Positions 36,142 through 46,048 of a DNA stretch of 64,000 nt are shown piece by piece. This DNA is from an uncultured Gammaproteobacteria bacterium (GTDB taxonomy: Bacteria; Patescibacteriota; Patescibacteriia; 2-12-FULL-60-25). The stretch is from positions 63,489 to 127,488 of the forward strand of contig CAZOQS010000004.1 of NCBI GenBank assembly GCA_964582475.1. The letters are read 5' to 3'. The notes under the pieces are model-generated. The model ran no database searches. It worked only from the letters and a program-made list of their open reading frames with translations, and was not told the DNA's origin. Every line of letters begins with the position of its first letter. The first letter of the stretch is position 1. The translations under genes and the position numbers were made by a program.

Positions 36142-36453
36142 ATGTCACGTAGTCTTAAAAAAGGTGCTTTCACCGATGCCAAGCTTCTTGCAAAGGTCAT
36201 CGCTCAGAAGGCTGGGGATAAAACCCCCATCAAGACGTGGTCTCGTGCTTCGACGATCACTCCTGAGATGGTCGGTAAAACAATGGCAGTCCACAATGGT
36301 AAGATGCACATTGCGGTTGTTATCGTTGAGAACATGGTTGGACACAAGCTTGGAGAGTTCTCTCCAACGCGTAAGTTCGTTCGTCATGGTGGTAAATTAG
36401 CTAAGTCGGATGCTCCAGCGGCCAAGCCAGCTGCAGCTCCAGCTAAGAAATAA
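36142..36453 (+). CDS. rpsS: 30S ribosomal protein S19
   Basis: [10 protein letters not shown]...VHNGKMHI canonical, plus an Ala/Lys-rich tail. Confidence 0.97.
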   Translation: MSRSLKKGAFTDAKLLAKVIAQKAGDKTPIKTWSRASTITPEMVGKTMAVHNGKMHIAVVIVENMVGHKLGEFSPTRKFVRHGGKLAKSDAPAAKPAAAPAKK

Positions 36454-36456
36454 TCT

Positions 36457-36882
36457 ATGGACGTTCACGCATTTCTCCGTTCCCTCCGTATCTCACCTCG
36501 CAAAGTGCGTTTAGTGATCGATGCGGTTCGTGGAAAGTCTGTGAAAGACGCGGATATCCGTTTGTCTCTCATGAACAAGGGTGCTGCCTTGCCAGTGCTC
36601 AAGCTTTTGCGTTCCGCGATTGCAAACGCAGAACATAACTTCAAAATGGAATCGAGCTCGTTGTACATCAAGTCGATTACAGCGGACGGCGGACCAACAT
36701 TGAAGCGCTCGCGCCCTCGCGCCTTTGGTCGAGCAGCGCCGATTCGCAAGCGAACCACGCATCTTTCGATTGTGTTGGCTGATCGTGCCGAACTTGCGGA
36801 CAAGAAGAGCACAAAGAGCAAGAAGGTTGAGAAAGTTGAAAAGACTGTCAGCCCTAAGAAGTCCTCTTCTTTGAAGGCCTAA
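36457..36882 (+). CDS. rplV: 50S ribosomal protein L22
   Basis: RISPRKVRLVIDAVRGKSV canonical, plus a Lys-rich C-terminal tail. Confidence 0.96.
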   Translation: MDVHAFLRSLRISPRKVRLVIDAVRGKSVKDADIRLSLMNKGAALPVLKLLRSAIANAEHNFKMESSSLYIKSITADGGPTLKRSRPRAFGRAAPIRKRTTHLSIVLADRAELADKKSTKSKKVEKVEKTVSPKKSSSLKA

Positions 36883-36887
36883 CCTCT

Positions 36888-37706
36888 ATGGCACACAAAG
36901 TTCATCCATTCGTTTTCCGTCTCGGAACCACGACCCAGTGGCCATCCCGTTGGTTTGCGCGCAAAGAAGTATTTAGCACGCACTTGCAACAGGATCACGA
37001 CATTCGTTCGTACTTCGTTACGCAGTTGAAAGACGCCGCCTTGAACCGTGTTGATATTGAACGCTCACGCGGAAATATCACGGTCACTCTTCACACGGCT
37101 AAGCCAGGTGTAGTGATCGGACGTTCAGGCGCCGGGATTGAAGAGCTTCGCAAGAAGGCGACTAAGCGCTTCTTCCCAATGCAGCGCGGAAAGATGCTCT
37201 TCACCATTGCTGTGCAAGAAGTTGCACGTCCAGGGATTGAAGCGCAGCTCGTCGCACAAGGAGTTGTCCAAGATCTCGAACGCCGCATGGCCTTCCGCCG
37301 TGTGTTGAAGATGACGCTTGAACGTATCCGCAAGGCGGGTGCGCTCGGTGCGCGTGTCGCGGTCGCTGGACGTTTGAACGGCGCAGAAATTGCCCGTACA
37401 GAAAAACTCGGTTGGGGAAAAATCCCTCTGACAAACTTGCGCGCAGATATTGACTACGCGTCCACGACAGCTCGTACGATCGCAGGAGCGATTGGGGTAA
37501 AGGTCTGGATTTACCGTGGAGATATCTTTGCTCAGGACCGTTTGTCCCAGTACCAGCCAAACACGCCTGCGCGTGGAGGTCGCTCGGATCGTTCCGGTGA
37601 TCGCCGCGACGGAGGTGCGCGTCGCCCAATGGGAGGCCCACGTTCCATGCCAGCTCAAGCTCCAGCGCCAGCCGTTGAATCCACTGAAGCGCCAGCAGCG
37701 GCTTAA
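36888..37706 (+). CDS. rpsC: 30S ribosomal protein S3
   Basis: MAHKVHPFVFRLG..., KH domain, C-terminal Arg/Gly/Pro-rich extension. Confidence 0.97.
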   Translation: MAHKVHPFVFRLGTTTQWPSRWFARKEVFSTHLQQDHDIRSYFVTQLKDAALNRVDIERSRGNITVTLHTAKPGVVIGRSGAGIEELRKKATKRFFPMQRGKMLFTIAVQEVARPGIEAQLVAQGVVQDLERRMAFRRVLKMTLERIRKAGALGARVAVAGRLNGAEIARTEKLGWGKIPLTNLRADIDYASTTARTIAGAIGVKVWIYRGDIFAQDRLSQYQPNTPARGGRSDRSGDRRDGGARRPMGGPRSMPAQAPAPAVESTEAPAAA

Positions 37707-37721
37707 TCGAACCCACGCATT

Positions 37722-38132
37722 ATGTTAATTCCAAGCAAAGTTAAGCACCGCAAGTGGCACAAAGGACGTGCGCGTAATATCCGCACGGCCTCCGACAAGG
37801 TCGGAATCGCCTTTGGATCACATGGTTTGAAAGCGATCACCCCATCCTGGGTCTCGAGCCAGCAGATCGAAGCGGCTCGTCGTGTTCTCACGCGCTACAT
37901 CAAAAAGGGAGGCAAAGTCTGGATCCGTATCTTCCCAGATCACCCTGTCACAAAGAAGGGAAACGAAGTTCCGATGGGATCCGGTAAAGGAGCGGTTGAC
38001 CACTACGTGGCCGTCGTTCGCCCAGGAACCGTGCTCTTCGAGATGGATGGTGTCACTCCTGAAGCAGCGAAAGAGGCTCTGGAAAGTGCTGCGTTTAAAC
38101 TCTCGAGTGTCTGTAAGTACATCGCGAAATAA
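37722..38132 (+). CDS. rplP: 50S ribosomal protein L16
   Basis: MLIPSKVKHRKWHKGR canonical. Confidence 0.98.
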   Translation: MLIPSKVKHRKWHKGRARNIRTASDKVGIAFGSHGLKAITPSWVSSQQIEAARRVLTRYIKKGGKVWIRIFPDHPVTKKGNEVPMGSGKGAVDHYVAVVRPGTVLFEMDGVTPEAAKEALESAAFKLSSVCKYIAK

Positions 38133-38134
38133 GT

Positions 38135-38335
38135 ATGGACATGAAAGAACTCCTCACCCAGACGACCGAAGAACTCTCGCGCATGCTCGGAGAAGCGGAG
38201 CGTGACGAGCAGGCCCTTCGTCGGAAGCTCGCCTTGCGCACGTATGCCAAGACAGCGGAATCGACAACGATTCGTCGGCAGGTCGCCCGTTTAAAAACGG
38301 TGATTGCCCAACAGAAGCGTTCCACTACCGTATGA
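38135..38335 (+). CDS. rpmC: 50S ribosomal protein L29
   Basis: Size, position and a helical KELLTQTTEELSRML pattern. Confidence 0.93.
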   Translation: MDMKELLTQTTEELSRMLGEAERDEQALRRKLALRTYAKTAESTTIRRQVARLKTVIAQQKRSTTV

Positions 38336-38601
38336 TGACCACTCCTCCAACCACCACTCCTCACCGCCGTCTGCAGGGAGTCGTTGTATCTAACAAGATG
38401 CAAGCGACAACTGTTGTGCGTGTGGACCGTCGTGTTGCTCACCCGAAATACGGAAAGTATTTTACGGTTTCGAAGCGTTTCAAGATTCACTCCCCAGGAG
38501 TGACGCTCGATCTCGGAGATATCGTCCAGTTCGAAGAGTGCCGACCTATTAGCCGCGACAAGCGCTGGCGCTATATTGCAACCTTGAAGAAGGTTGCGTA
38601 A
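38332..38601 (+). CDS. rpsQ: 30S ribosomal protein S17
   Basis: [30 protein letters not shown] canonical. ATGA overlap with the rpmC stop. Confidence 0.95.
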   Translation: MMTTPPTTTPHRRLQGVVVSNKMQATTVVRVDRRVAHPKYGKYFTVSKRFKIHSPGVTLDLGDIVQFEECRPISRDKRWRYIATLKKVA

Positions 38602-38608
38602 TCCCTTT

Positions 38609-38980
38609 ATGATTCAACACCGATCGATGATCGCCGTCGCGGATAACACCGGAGCAAAGTTGCTTCAGTGTATCGGCGTACAGGGCGGCTACAAGATGCG
38701 CTATGCGGGTCTTGGAGACGTGGTGACCTGCGTCGTGAAGGAAGCAGCCCCACGCGGTATGGTAAAGAAGTCCGATATCGTTCACGCCGTGCTCGTGCGT
38801 ATCCGCAAGGAAACACGCCGACCAGATGGAACGTATATCCGTTTTGATGAAAATGCAGCGGCGATTATTGACCCGAAATCTCTTGATCCAAAAGGCACAC
38901 GTATCTTCGGCCCAGTTGCACGCGAATTGCGTGGACGTGGCTTCTCGAAGATCGTGTCCTTAGCTCCAGAAGTGCTCTAA
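38609..38980 (+). CDS. rplN: 50S ribosomal protein L14
   Basis: [17 protein letters not shown] canonical start. Confidence 0.97.
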   Translation: MIQHRSMIAVADNTGAKLLQCIGVQGGYKMRYAGLGDVVTCVVKEAAPRGMVKKSDIVHAVLVRIRKETRRPDGTYIRFDENAAAIIDPKSLDPKGTRIFGPVARELRGRGFSKIVSLAPEVL

Positions 38981-38982
38981 CT

Positions 38983-39291
38983 ATGGCGACTCATCCAGTA
39001 AAGACCGGCGACACTATCGAAGTGATCGCGGGAAAAGATCGTGGGAAAACTGGGAAAGTGCTGCAAGTGTTTCCTCGCTTGGCGCGCGTTTCCGTACAGG
39101 GGATTAATCTCATGAAGCGTCACATGCGCAGCCGACGCTCAGGAGACAAGGGACAGATCGTCCAGTTCCCAATGCCCATCCATCTTTCAAACGTTCGTGT
39201 AAGCTCCGCAACGGAAAGCGCTTCTGAAAAAGCTCCGGAGAAAGAAGCTCCTGCTAAAAAGAAGGCGACGACACGTAAGACGAAGACCTAA
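38983..39291 (+). CDS. rplX: 50S ribosomal protein L24
   Basis: KOW motif GDTIEVIAGKDRGKTGKV plus a Lys-rich tail. Confidence 0.96.
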   Translation: MATHPVKTGDTIEVIAGKDRGKTGKVLQVFPRLARVSVQGINLMKRHMRSRRSGDKGQIVQFPMPIHLSNVRVSSATESASEKAPEKEAPAKKKATTRKTKT

Positions 39292-39294
39292 CCT

Positions 39295-39834
39295 ATGACC
39301 ACCCTTAAGGAACAATATCAGGCCCAAGTCGTTCCGGCCCTCCGCGAACAATTTGGCATCAAGAACGCCATGGCCCTTCCGAAAGTCACGAAGGTCGTGG
39401 TTTCTGTTGGCTTGTCACAGGCGATCAAGGATCCAAAGGTAATGGAAATGGTTGAACAGACACTCACGCGCATTACGGGTCAAAAGCCAGTGCGTACCAA
39501 GGCGAAGAAGTCCATCGCCAGTTTCAAAATTCGTGAAGGAATGATTGTTGGAATGATGGTGACGCTTCGTGGTCCACGTATGTGGGACTTTTTGACGAAG
39601 TTGACACGCATCACCTTCCCTCGTATTCGTGACTTCCGTGGGATCAGTGCCAAATCCATCGATGCGCAAGGAAATGCCTCGATCGGGTTCCGCGAGAACT
39701 TGGCGTTCCCTGAAATCCGCCCAGACGAAATCGAGCGTACTCATGGTCTTCAGATCACGATTACGACAACCGCCGGAGCCAAAGACCGCGGTCTCGCGCT
39801 TCTTAAAGGGCTTGGCTTTCCTTTCCAGAACTAA
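39295..39834 (+). CDS. rplE: 50S ribosomal protein L5
   Basis: Canonical L5 sequence and position. Confidence 0.97.
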   Translation: MTTLKEQYQAQVVPALREQFGIKNAMALPKVTKVVVSVGLSQAIKDPKVMEMVEQTLTRITGQKPVRTKAKKSIASFKIREGMIVGMMVTLRGPRMWDFLTKLTRITFPRIRDFRGISAKSIDAQGNASIGFRENLAFPEIRPDEIERTHGLQITITTTAGAKDRGLALLKGLGFPFQN

Positions 39835-39846
39835 TCCAACGATCCT

Positions 39847-40032
39847 ATGGCTACTGAAGCTCAAATTGCCAAGTCCCGTCGCAAGCCGAAGTTTTCTTCG
39901 CGCCTTGTTCGACGCTGCTGGCGCTGCGGCCGCACCCACGGATTCATGCGTATCTTCGGACTCTGTCGCATCTGCTTCCGCGAGATGGCGAACCGCGGTG
40001 AAGTCCCAGGTGTGACCAAATCCAGCTGGTAA
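39847..40032 (+). CDS. rpsN: 30S ribosomal protein S14, short zinc-binding (type Z) form
   Basis: 61 aa with CWRCGRTHG...CRIC. Confidence 0.96.
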   Translation: MATEAQIAKSRRKPKFSSRLVRRCWRCGRTHGFMRIFGLCRICFREMANRGEVPGVTKSSW

Positions 40033-40043
40033 TATCCCACGTT

Positions 40044-40436
40044 ATGTCTACTGACCCGATCAGCGATTTCCTCACCCGTATCCGTAACGCACATCTCGTG
40101 CGCCACGACGTGGTGACCGCCCCAAGTTCTCGCATCAAGCGAGCGATTGCCGATATCCTTCAGCGTGAAGGCTATATCGAATCCGTCGAAGAGAAGTCTG
40201 AAGGTGCGAAGCGTACGATCTCCGTTCGCTTAAAGTATGTCGGAAAGCTGCCAGCGATTCACCAGCTCACGCGTATTTCGAAGCCTGGCCGCCGCGTGTA
40301 TCGCAAGAATGATGAACTTCCTCGTGTCCTGTCTGGACAGGGGATGGCGATCATCTCCACTTCCGTTGGTCTCATGACGGATCGTGAAGCGCGTGCTCGT
40401 AAGCTGGGGGGAGAAATCTTGTGTGAAATTTCCTAA
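40044..40436 (+). CDS. rpsH: 30S ribosomal protein S8
   Basis: DPISDFLTRIRNA canonical. Confidence 0.97.
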   Translation: MSTDPISDFLTRIRNAHLVRHDVVTAPSSRIKRAIADILQREGYIESVEEKSEGAKRTISVRLKYVGKLPAIHQLTRISKPGRRVYRKNDELPRVLSGQGMAIISTSVGLMTDREARARKLGGEILCEIS

Positions 40437-40445
40437 CCTCCGCTT

Positions 40446-40997
40446 ATGTCACGTATTGGAAAAAAACCAGTCCTCCTCCCTGCCGGCGTCGATGCCACCA
40501 TCGAAGCAAAGCAGGTGACGATCAAAGGACCGAAAGGGACGCTGCACGTTGGTCTTCCAGCGGCGGCTAAGATTGAGATGCAAGCCGATCCTCGTGCGTT
40601 GCTTGTGACGGTTACCCGTCCAGAGCACGTCGATGACCGCGCCATCTGGGGTCTTGTTCGTCAATTGCTCTCGAACGCCGTAGACGGTGTTCAGAAGCCA
40701 TTCGAAAAGGCGCTCGAATTCGTCGGAGTTGGATTCAAGGTCGCGCTCGAAGGTCGCAAGCTCATGATGGATCTTGGATTCTCGCACCGCGTTCCGTTTG
40801 AACTCCCAGAAGGAATCGATGGGAAGGTCGAGAAGCAGGTTTTGACGCTCTCCGGCATCGACAAAGCTCTTGTTGGAGAAACGGCTGCTCGCATTCGTCG
40901 CAATCGTCCACCAGAGCCTTATAAGGGCAAGGGTGTGAAGTATGTTGATGAAGTAATTCGTCGCAAGGCTGGTAAGACAGCTAAGTCTGCTGGCTAA
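40446..40997 (+). CDS. rplF: 50S ribosomal protein L6
   Basis: MSRIGKKPV canonical. Confidence 0.97.
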   Translation: MSRIGKKPVLLPAGVDATIEAKQVTIKGPKGTLHVGLPAAAKIEMQADPRALLVTVTRPEHVDDRAIWGLVRQLLSNAVDGVQKPFEKALEFVGVGFKVALEGRKLMMDLGFSHRVPFELPEGIDGKVEKQVLTLSGIDKALVGETAARIRRNRPPEPYKGKGVKYVDEVIRRKAGKTAKSAG

Positions 40998-41003
40998 CCC
41001 CTT

Positions 41004-41366
41004 ATGAAGATCTCCCTAGCAAACCAACAAAAGGCGCGTCGTATCGCACGTGTTCGCGCGACTATTTCCGGAACAGCTGAGCGTCCACGTCTCGCTGTCT
41101 TCCGCAGCCTCGCGCATATTTCTGCGCAGGTGATTGATGATACCTCCGGCAAAACTCTTGCCGCGGTCCGTGATGTCGAATTGTCCGAAGCAGAGCGCAA
41201 AGGCAAGAAGAAGCTTGAAATTGCGAAGGCTGTCGGAATGCTTCTCGGAACGCGCGCCATGGAAAAGGGTGTGAAAGCGGTCGTCTTCGATCGTCGCGAT
41301 AAGAAATACCACGGTCGTGTTCGTGCTCTCGCTGAGGGCGCGCGCGAAGCGGGTCTCACATTTTAA
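41004..41366 (+). CDS. rplR: 50S ribosomal protein L18
   Basis: Canonical L18 (RPRLAVFRSLAHISAQVIDD). Confidence 0.96.
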   Translation: MKISLANQQKARRIARVRATISGTAERPRLAVFRSLAHISAQVIDDTSGKTLAAVRDVELSEAERKGKKKLEIAKAVGMLLGTRAMEKGVKAVVFDRRDKKYHGRVRALAEGAREAGLTF

Positions 41367-41369
41367 TCT

Positions 41370-42179
41370 ATGATGAACGAAGAACAGCAACCAACCTCCG
41401 CGCCAGAGGCGCCAGAAGCAGCAGCTGCTCCAGCTGCTGAAAACACAGCCGCTCCAGCGGCAGCGGCGGCAACGCCAGCTGCAGCTCCTGCGTCTGCTTC
41501 GGCTGCAGCACGTCCATATGGTGGAGGTGCCCGTGGTCCAGGCGGTGGCTTCCGTGGCGGAAGCCGCGGTCCAAGCGGAGGTGCTCGTGGCGGCCAGGGT
41601 GGTCGCGGCGGTGCTGCCGGTGGTCGTGGAGGTCGAGGTCCAGGCGGCCCAGGTGGTCGCGGTGGACGTCGCGATGGTCAGTCTGGAGATGTTCCAGCCG
41701 AAGCCGACTACGACGAAAAGAACTTGGAAGTCTCACGTGTTACACGTGTGACCCAGGGTGGAAAGCGCATGCGCTTCCGCGTGTTGAGCGTGATCGGAAA
41801 CCGCAAGGGACGTGTTGGATATGGCTTGGCAAAAGGATTGGATGTCGCAGCTGCTTCCACCAAGGCCGCAACCAAAGCACGCAAAGCCCTTCTGACAGTT
41901 CCACTCATCAACGAAACAATTCCTCACATGGTGCGTGCAAAGGCGGGTGCCGCTGTCGTCTTGTTGAAGCCAGCGCCAAAAGGAGCTGGAATCAAAGCCG
42001 GTGGTGCAACGCGTGCCGTACTTGAAATCGCTGGTGTACCAAACGTTGTTTCGAAGCTCCTCGGATCTTCCAACAAGGTGAACGTCGTGCGCGCAACTTT
42101 TGCCGCCCTGCGCATGCTCCGCATGCCAATCAGCAAGACGGACGATAAACAGCCTAAGGAAGACGCTCCAAAGGCCTAA
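41370..42179 (+). CDS. rpsE: 30S ribosomal protein S5 with an N-terminal Ala/Pro then RGG-repeat extension of about 110 aa
   Basis: The S5 core starts near LEVSRVTRVTQGGKRMRF. The preceding residues are AAAPAA... and GGARGPGGGFRGGSRGPSGGARGGQGGRGG... Confidence 0.93.
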   Translation: MMNEEQQPTSAPEAPEAAAAPAAENTAAPAAAAATPAAAPASASAAARPYGGGARGPGGGFRGGSRGPSGGARGGQGGRGGAAGGRGGRGPGGPGGRGGRRDGQSGDVPAEADYDEKNLEVSRVTRVTQGGKRMRFRVLSVIGNRKGRVGYGLAKGLDVAAASTKAATKARKALLTVPLINETIPHMVRAKAGAAVVLLKPAPKGAGIKAGGATRAVLEIAGVPNVVSKLLGSSNKVNVVRATFAALRMLRMPISKTDDKQPKEDAPKA

Positions 42180-42190
42180 TCTCACCTGCT

Positions 42191-42658
42191 ATGTCATTAA
42201 GTCTTCACACAATTGCCCCGAACGTAGGCTCACATGAGCGCTCGTTCCGTATCGGTCGTGGTCACGGCTCCGGTCGTGGCAAAACGGCAGGTAAGGGAAC
42301 AAAGGGTCAGAAGTCCCGTTCCGGTGGAAAGGGTGGCTTGAAAATGCACGGCATGAAGCAGATGCTTCTCTCCTTCCCAAAGGTCCGTGGGTTTAAGAGC
42401 TTTGCGTCGAAGTTGGTCTCGATTCCTGTTCAGCGCTTGGATGTATTTCCAGAAGGAACGACGATTGACTTGAAAGCCATGCATGCAGCCGGTCTCTTGC
42501 ATCGCGGAGAACATACCGTCAAAATTATTGGGGGAACAGCTCCAACGCACAAACTGACAGTTGTCGGCTTGCGTATGACTGCTTCTGCGAAGGAATTGAT
42601 CGAGAAAGCTGGTGGATCGGTCGTTGCTGGTGACAGAAAGAAAAAGAAGACTGCCTAA
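42191..42658 (+). CDS. rplO: 50S ribosomal protein L15
   Basis: GRGHGSGRGKTAGKGTKGQKSRSG canonical. Follows rpsE directly, with no rpmD between them. Confidence 0.96.
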   Translation: MSLSLHTIAPNVGSHERSFRIGRGHGSGRGKTAGKGTKGQKSRSGGKGGLKMHGMKQMLLSFPKVRGFKSFASKLVSIPVQRLDVFPEGTTIDLKAMHAAGLLHRGEHTVKIIGGTAPTHKLTVVGLRMTASAKELIEKAGGSVVAGDRKKKKTA

Positions 42659-42697
42659 TTCCGTGTCTTTCCCTCGAAGCTGAGGGAAGATTCCTCT

Positions 42698-43975
42698 ATG
42701 TGGGACAAACTCCTTCGTGCGTGGCAGGTCAAAGAGGTTCGACATGGGTTGCTGTTCGTGATCGCCATGATGGTGATCTTCCGAGTAGTCGCTCATATTC
42801 CGTTGCCTGGTGTTGATCTTGCAGCGCTCCAACAGTTTTTTGACGCGAACCAAGTCTTGGGTGTCTTGAACTTGTTCTCAGGTGGAACGATCCGAACATT
42901 CAGCATTGTGGCGTTGGGTGTCGCTCCATACATCACCGCTTCGATTATCTTGCAGCTCTTGGCAGTCATCATCCCTCGTTTGGAAGAGATCCAGAAAGAA
43001 GGAGAAAGCGGCCAGCGTAAGATCAATCAGTGGACACGTCTTCTGACGGTTCCGCTTGCGCTGATTCAAGGAGTAGGGCTTCTGACGCTTATGCGTCAGT
43101 CGCAGGTGCCTATCTTGACCAGAACGGATCCGGTTCACATCGCTGCCATCTTGATCGCCGTCACAGCAGGAACCTTGTTCCTCATGTGGATTGGCGAATT
43201 GATCAGCGAAAAGAAAGTCGGAAATGGTGTTTCCTTGTTGATCTTCGCGGGTATTTTGGCGGATCTTCCAAGTTCGCTTGGACAGTTCATCACAACCTTC
43301 GATTCGTCACAGTGGATCATCGTCTTCATCTACGCAGCGATTGCGATTTTGATGGTTGCGGGTGTAGTCTTCGTTACAGAAGGTCAGCGCAACATTCCAA
43401 TCCAACACGCGCGCAGTGTTCGTGGGCAGGCTGGGTCAACAGGTGGAGTAGCCTCGAGCTTGCCACTTCGTGTGAATATGGTGGGTGTGATGCCGATTAT
43501 CTTCGGTATTTCATTCCTCACGTTCCCAACAATGTTGGCGCAGCTCTTCGCTCAGGCGAATAATCCAAGTCTGCGCAGTGCAGCTGCTTGGATCCTGACG
43601 ACGATGCAAAACCAAACGATTTACGCCATTCTGTATCTGGCATTGGTTGTTGGCTTTACCTACTTCTACACGGCGGTTGTGTTCCATCCAGAACGGGTGG
43701 CAGAGAATCTCCAGAAGCAAGGAGCCTTCATCCCGGGTATCCGCCCAGGGCCACCAACGGCAAGCTATTTGGAAGGAATCGTTGGTCGTATGACGTTAGC
43801 CGGAGCCATCTTCTTGGGTCTTATCGCGGTGCTGCCAATTGTCGCTCAAGGGCTGACAGGGACGCAGACATTGGCGATTGGAGGAACCTCTATGCTGATC
43901 GTCGTGTCGGTGGTGATCGAGTCTGTAAAACAGATTCAGTCGCAAACAACGATGCGTGAATACGATACGTACTAA
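42698..43975 (+). CDS. secY: Preprotein translocase subunit SecY
   Basis: 10-TM protein with canonical SecY motifs (LGVAPYITASIILQLL, GISLLIF-like). Confidence 0.97.
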   Translation: MWDKLLRAWQVKEVRHGLLFVIAMMVIFRVVAHIPLPGVDLAALQQFFDANQVLGVLNLFSGGTIRTFSIVALGVAPYITASIILQLLAVIIPRLEEIQKEGESGQRKINQWTRLLTVPLALIQGVGLLTLMRQSQVPILTRTDPVHIAAILIAVTAGTLFLMWIGELISEKKVGNGVSLLIFAGILADLPSSLGQFITTFDSSQWIIVFIYAAIAILMVAGVVFVTEGQRNIPIQHARSVRGQAGSTGGVASSLPLRVNMVGVMPIIFGISFLTFPTMLAQLFAQANNPSLRSAAAWILTTMQNQTIYAILYLALVVGFTYFYTAVVFHPERVAENLQKQGAFIPGIRPGPPTASYLEGIVGRMTLAGAIFLGLIAVLPIVAQGLTGTQTLAIGGTSMLIVVSVVIESVKQIQSQTTMREYDTY

Positions 43976-43994
43976 CCGAAAAAAGCATAACCGG

Positions 43995-44030
43995 TACACA
44001 ATGAGAACCCACCAGGGTTCTCATTGTGTA
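43995..44030 (+). terminator. Strong hairpin after secY (weak U-tract)
   Basis: Perfect 16-bp stem TACACAATGAGAACCC / GGGTTCTCATTGTGTA with loop ACCA, followed by TTCT. Confidence 0.5.
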
Positions 44031-44054
44031 TTCTGGGTGGTAGGCTTCCACTAT

Positions 44055-44411
44055 ATGACCCCTGAATACACCGATGCGGCTCATTATCTTGGAAAGAGTG
44101 TTACGGTTCTGATTGATCGCCCCCTAGGGACTAAGCACCCAAAGTATGGCTACAGATACCCGATTAATTACGGGTTTGTTGAAGGGACGATTTCTCCCGA
44201 TGGGCGAGAATTGGATGCATATGTTCTCGGGGTAGATGAGCCGGTGGGAGAGTATACGGGGCGCTGTATCGCCATTATCCGTCGAATTACTGCTCCAGAT
44301 GATAAATTGATTATTGTCCCTGAGGGAAAAACCTTTTCGCAAGAAGAGATTCGTGAAGCGACGCACTTTCAGGAGCAGTTTTTTCAGATTGAAATGATCT
44401 TCCCCTCGTAG
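44055..44411 (+). CDS. Small inorganic-pyrophosphatase-like protein (tentative)
   Basis: 118 aa. YPINYGFVEGTISPDGRELDAYVLG resembles the PPase YPxNYGFxPxT...DGDPxDxxV core. ATG at 44055 in the host context (ctatATG). Confidence 0.45.
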   Translation: MTPEYTDAAHYLGKSVTVLIDRPLGTKHPKYGYRYPINYGFVEGTISPDGRELDAYVLGVDEPVGEYTGRCIAIIRRITAPDDKLIIVPEGKTFSQEEIREATHFQEQFFQIEMIFPS

Positions 44412-44555
44412 GAGAGGGCCTCGATCGTTTGTTGTCGGATAGGCTCATTTTGGCTATTCTTACGGGTATATGCAACGTGAAGATGGACATCGGTTCAAGC
44501 TACTCTCGCCGTCAGCAGAGGGACTACTGTCTCCACCGGTCGTGTAGCGGTTTCT

Positions 44556-45227
44556 ATGCCACGTAAGCGTGTTCGGGCCGTGTTATTCGGCCCTCAAGGA
44601 GCGGGAAAGACGACTCAGGCACAATTGCTGTCTGAGTGGTTTGGAGCAGCTTCCCTGAGCTCGGGGCAGCTTCTGCGTGGGGAGATGGAAGAAGGAACAC
44701 CGCTTGGACAATTAGTGAAGCGCTACGTCGAGCATGGGGTGTTGGCGCCAGACGAGGTAGTGAATGCCATTTTGCGGAAACGGCTACTGTTGGAGGTGGA
44801 ATCAAAACAAGGATTCTTCCTAGACGGATTTCCTCGAAACGTAGAACAGGCGGGGGATTTAGATAAATATACAAATATTAATCTAGCGATTCATCTGAAG
44901 GTGTCCGATGCAGTTGCGGAATCTCGTATGCTAGGACGACTCTTCTGTGAATCCTGTCAGGCGGTTTATCATGAGACATACGTTCCCGTCTTGAAGGCGG
45001 GAATCTGTACTATTTGCGGAGGTCCTGTAAAACGACGTCCAGATGATGCCGATGATGGGTCGGTGCGCGACCGGCTGCTCGCATATCACTTCATGACCGA
45101 GCCGCTTGTGACCTATTATCGGCAGCAGGGAGTGCTTCTTTCGGTGAATGCGGATCAGCCGATCCCATTCTTATTCCAGGAGCTGGTAAAGAAGCTTACG
45201 AAGTTAGGATTTGTGCCGGGACAATAA
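44556..45227 (+). CDS. adk: Adenylate kinase (zinc-lid type)
   Basis: P-loop GPQGAGKTT. Lid CESC...CTICGG. Confidence 0.95.
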   Translation: MPRKRVRAVLFGPQGAGKTTQAQLLSEWFGAASLSSGQLLRGEMEEGTPLGQLVKRYVEHGVLAPDEVVNAILRKRLLLEVESKQGFFLDGFPRNVEQAGDLDKYTNINLAIHLKVSDAVAESRMLGRLFCESCQAVYHETYVPVLKAGICTICGGPVKRRPDDADDGSVRDRLLAYHFMTEPLVTYYRQQGVLLSVNADQPIPFLFQELVKKLTKLGFVPGQ

Positions 45228-45247
45228 TTCCGTTACGCTCACTGCCC

Positions 45248-46027
45248 ATGTCACTTATCAAAACCCCCCTAGAAATAGAGAAGCTGAAAGCTGGCGGAAT
45301 CATCCTCTCAGCTATTTTGCGTGAGCTCAAAGCAAAGTGTATTGCTGGCGCTGAAACAGCTGAATTAGATGCATTGGCGCAGAAGCGTATGGCAGAGCAT
45401 GGAGGAAAGCCCTCATTCTTAGGCTATACTGCCGCAAAAGACGTAGCCCCCTTTCCCGGAGCTGTCTGCATTTCAATCAACGAAGAAGTTGTGCATGGAT
45501 TGCCAACCCCTACGCGCACGATAAAAGAAGGCGATATCGTTGGTCTTGATATTGGCATGTGGTACGAGGGGCTCGCGACAGATATGGCGACGACTGTTGT
45601 TGTCGGAAAGATTTCTGATTCGGTACAGGCCTTAGTTACAGAAACACGCGCCTCACTTGAAGTGGCGTTGATGCAGGTAAAAGCAGGAAAGTGGATTCAC
45701 GATATTGGGAATGCGATTGATGATTATCTCACGCCGAAAGGCTATGGAATCGTTCGTGATCTTGTCGGCCACGGCGTAGGGCATGCGGTTCATGAAGATC
45801 CACAGATCCCACACTTTCGTGATCGTTATACGCCACGCGTAAAAATGCAGGAGGGGATGGTGCTTGCGATTGAGCCGATGGTAACACTTGGAACTTGGAA
45901 GGTGCGTGTGAAGCGCGATGGCTGGACAATTGTTACGACCGATGGAAAGCCGGCAGCGCATTTCGAGCTTTCGGTTGTCGTCACGAAGACGGGGTACGAG
46001 CTCGTTACTCCTTGGCCAGACGTTTAA
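45248..46027 (+). CDS. map: Methionine aminopeptidase, type I
   Basis: Metal ligand pattern (DIGMWYEGLATD, HGVGHAVHE, LAIEPM). Confidence 0.96.
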   Translation: MSLIKTPLEIEKLKAGGIILSAILRELKAKCIAGAETAELDALAQKRMAEHGGKPSFLGYTAAKDVAPFPGAVCISINEEVVHGLPTPTRTIKEGDIVGLDIGMWYEGLATDMATTVVVGKISDSVQALVTETRASLEVALMQVKAGKWIHDIGNAIDDYLTPKGYGIVRDLVGHGVGHAVHEDPQIPHFRDRYTPRVKMQEGMVLAIEPMVTLGTWKVRVKRDGWTIVTTDGKPAAHFELSVVVTKTGYELVTPWPDV

Positions 46028-46048
46028 ACACAGGATCGAAGCTTCTCT

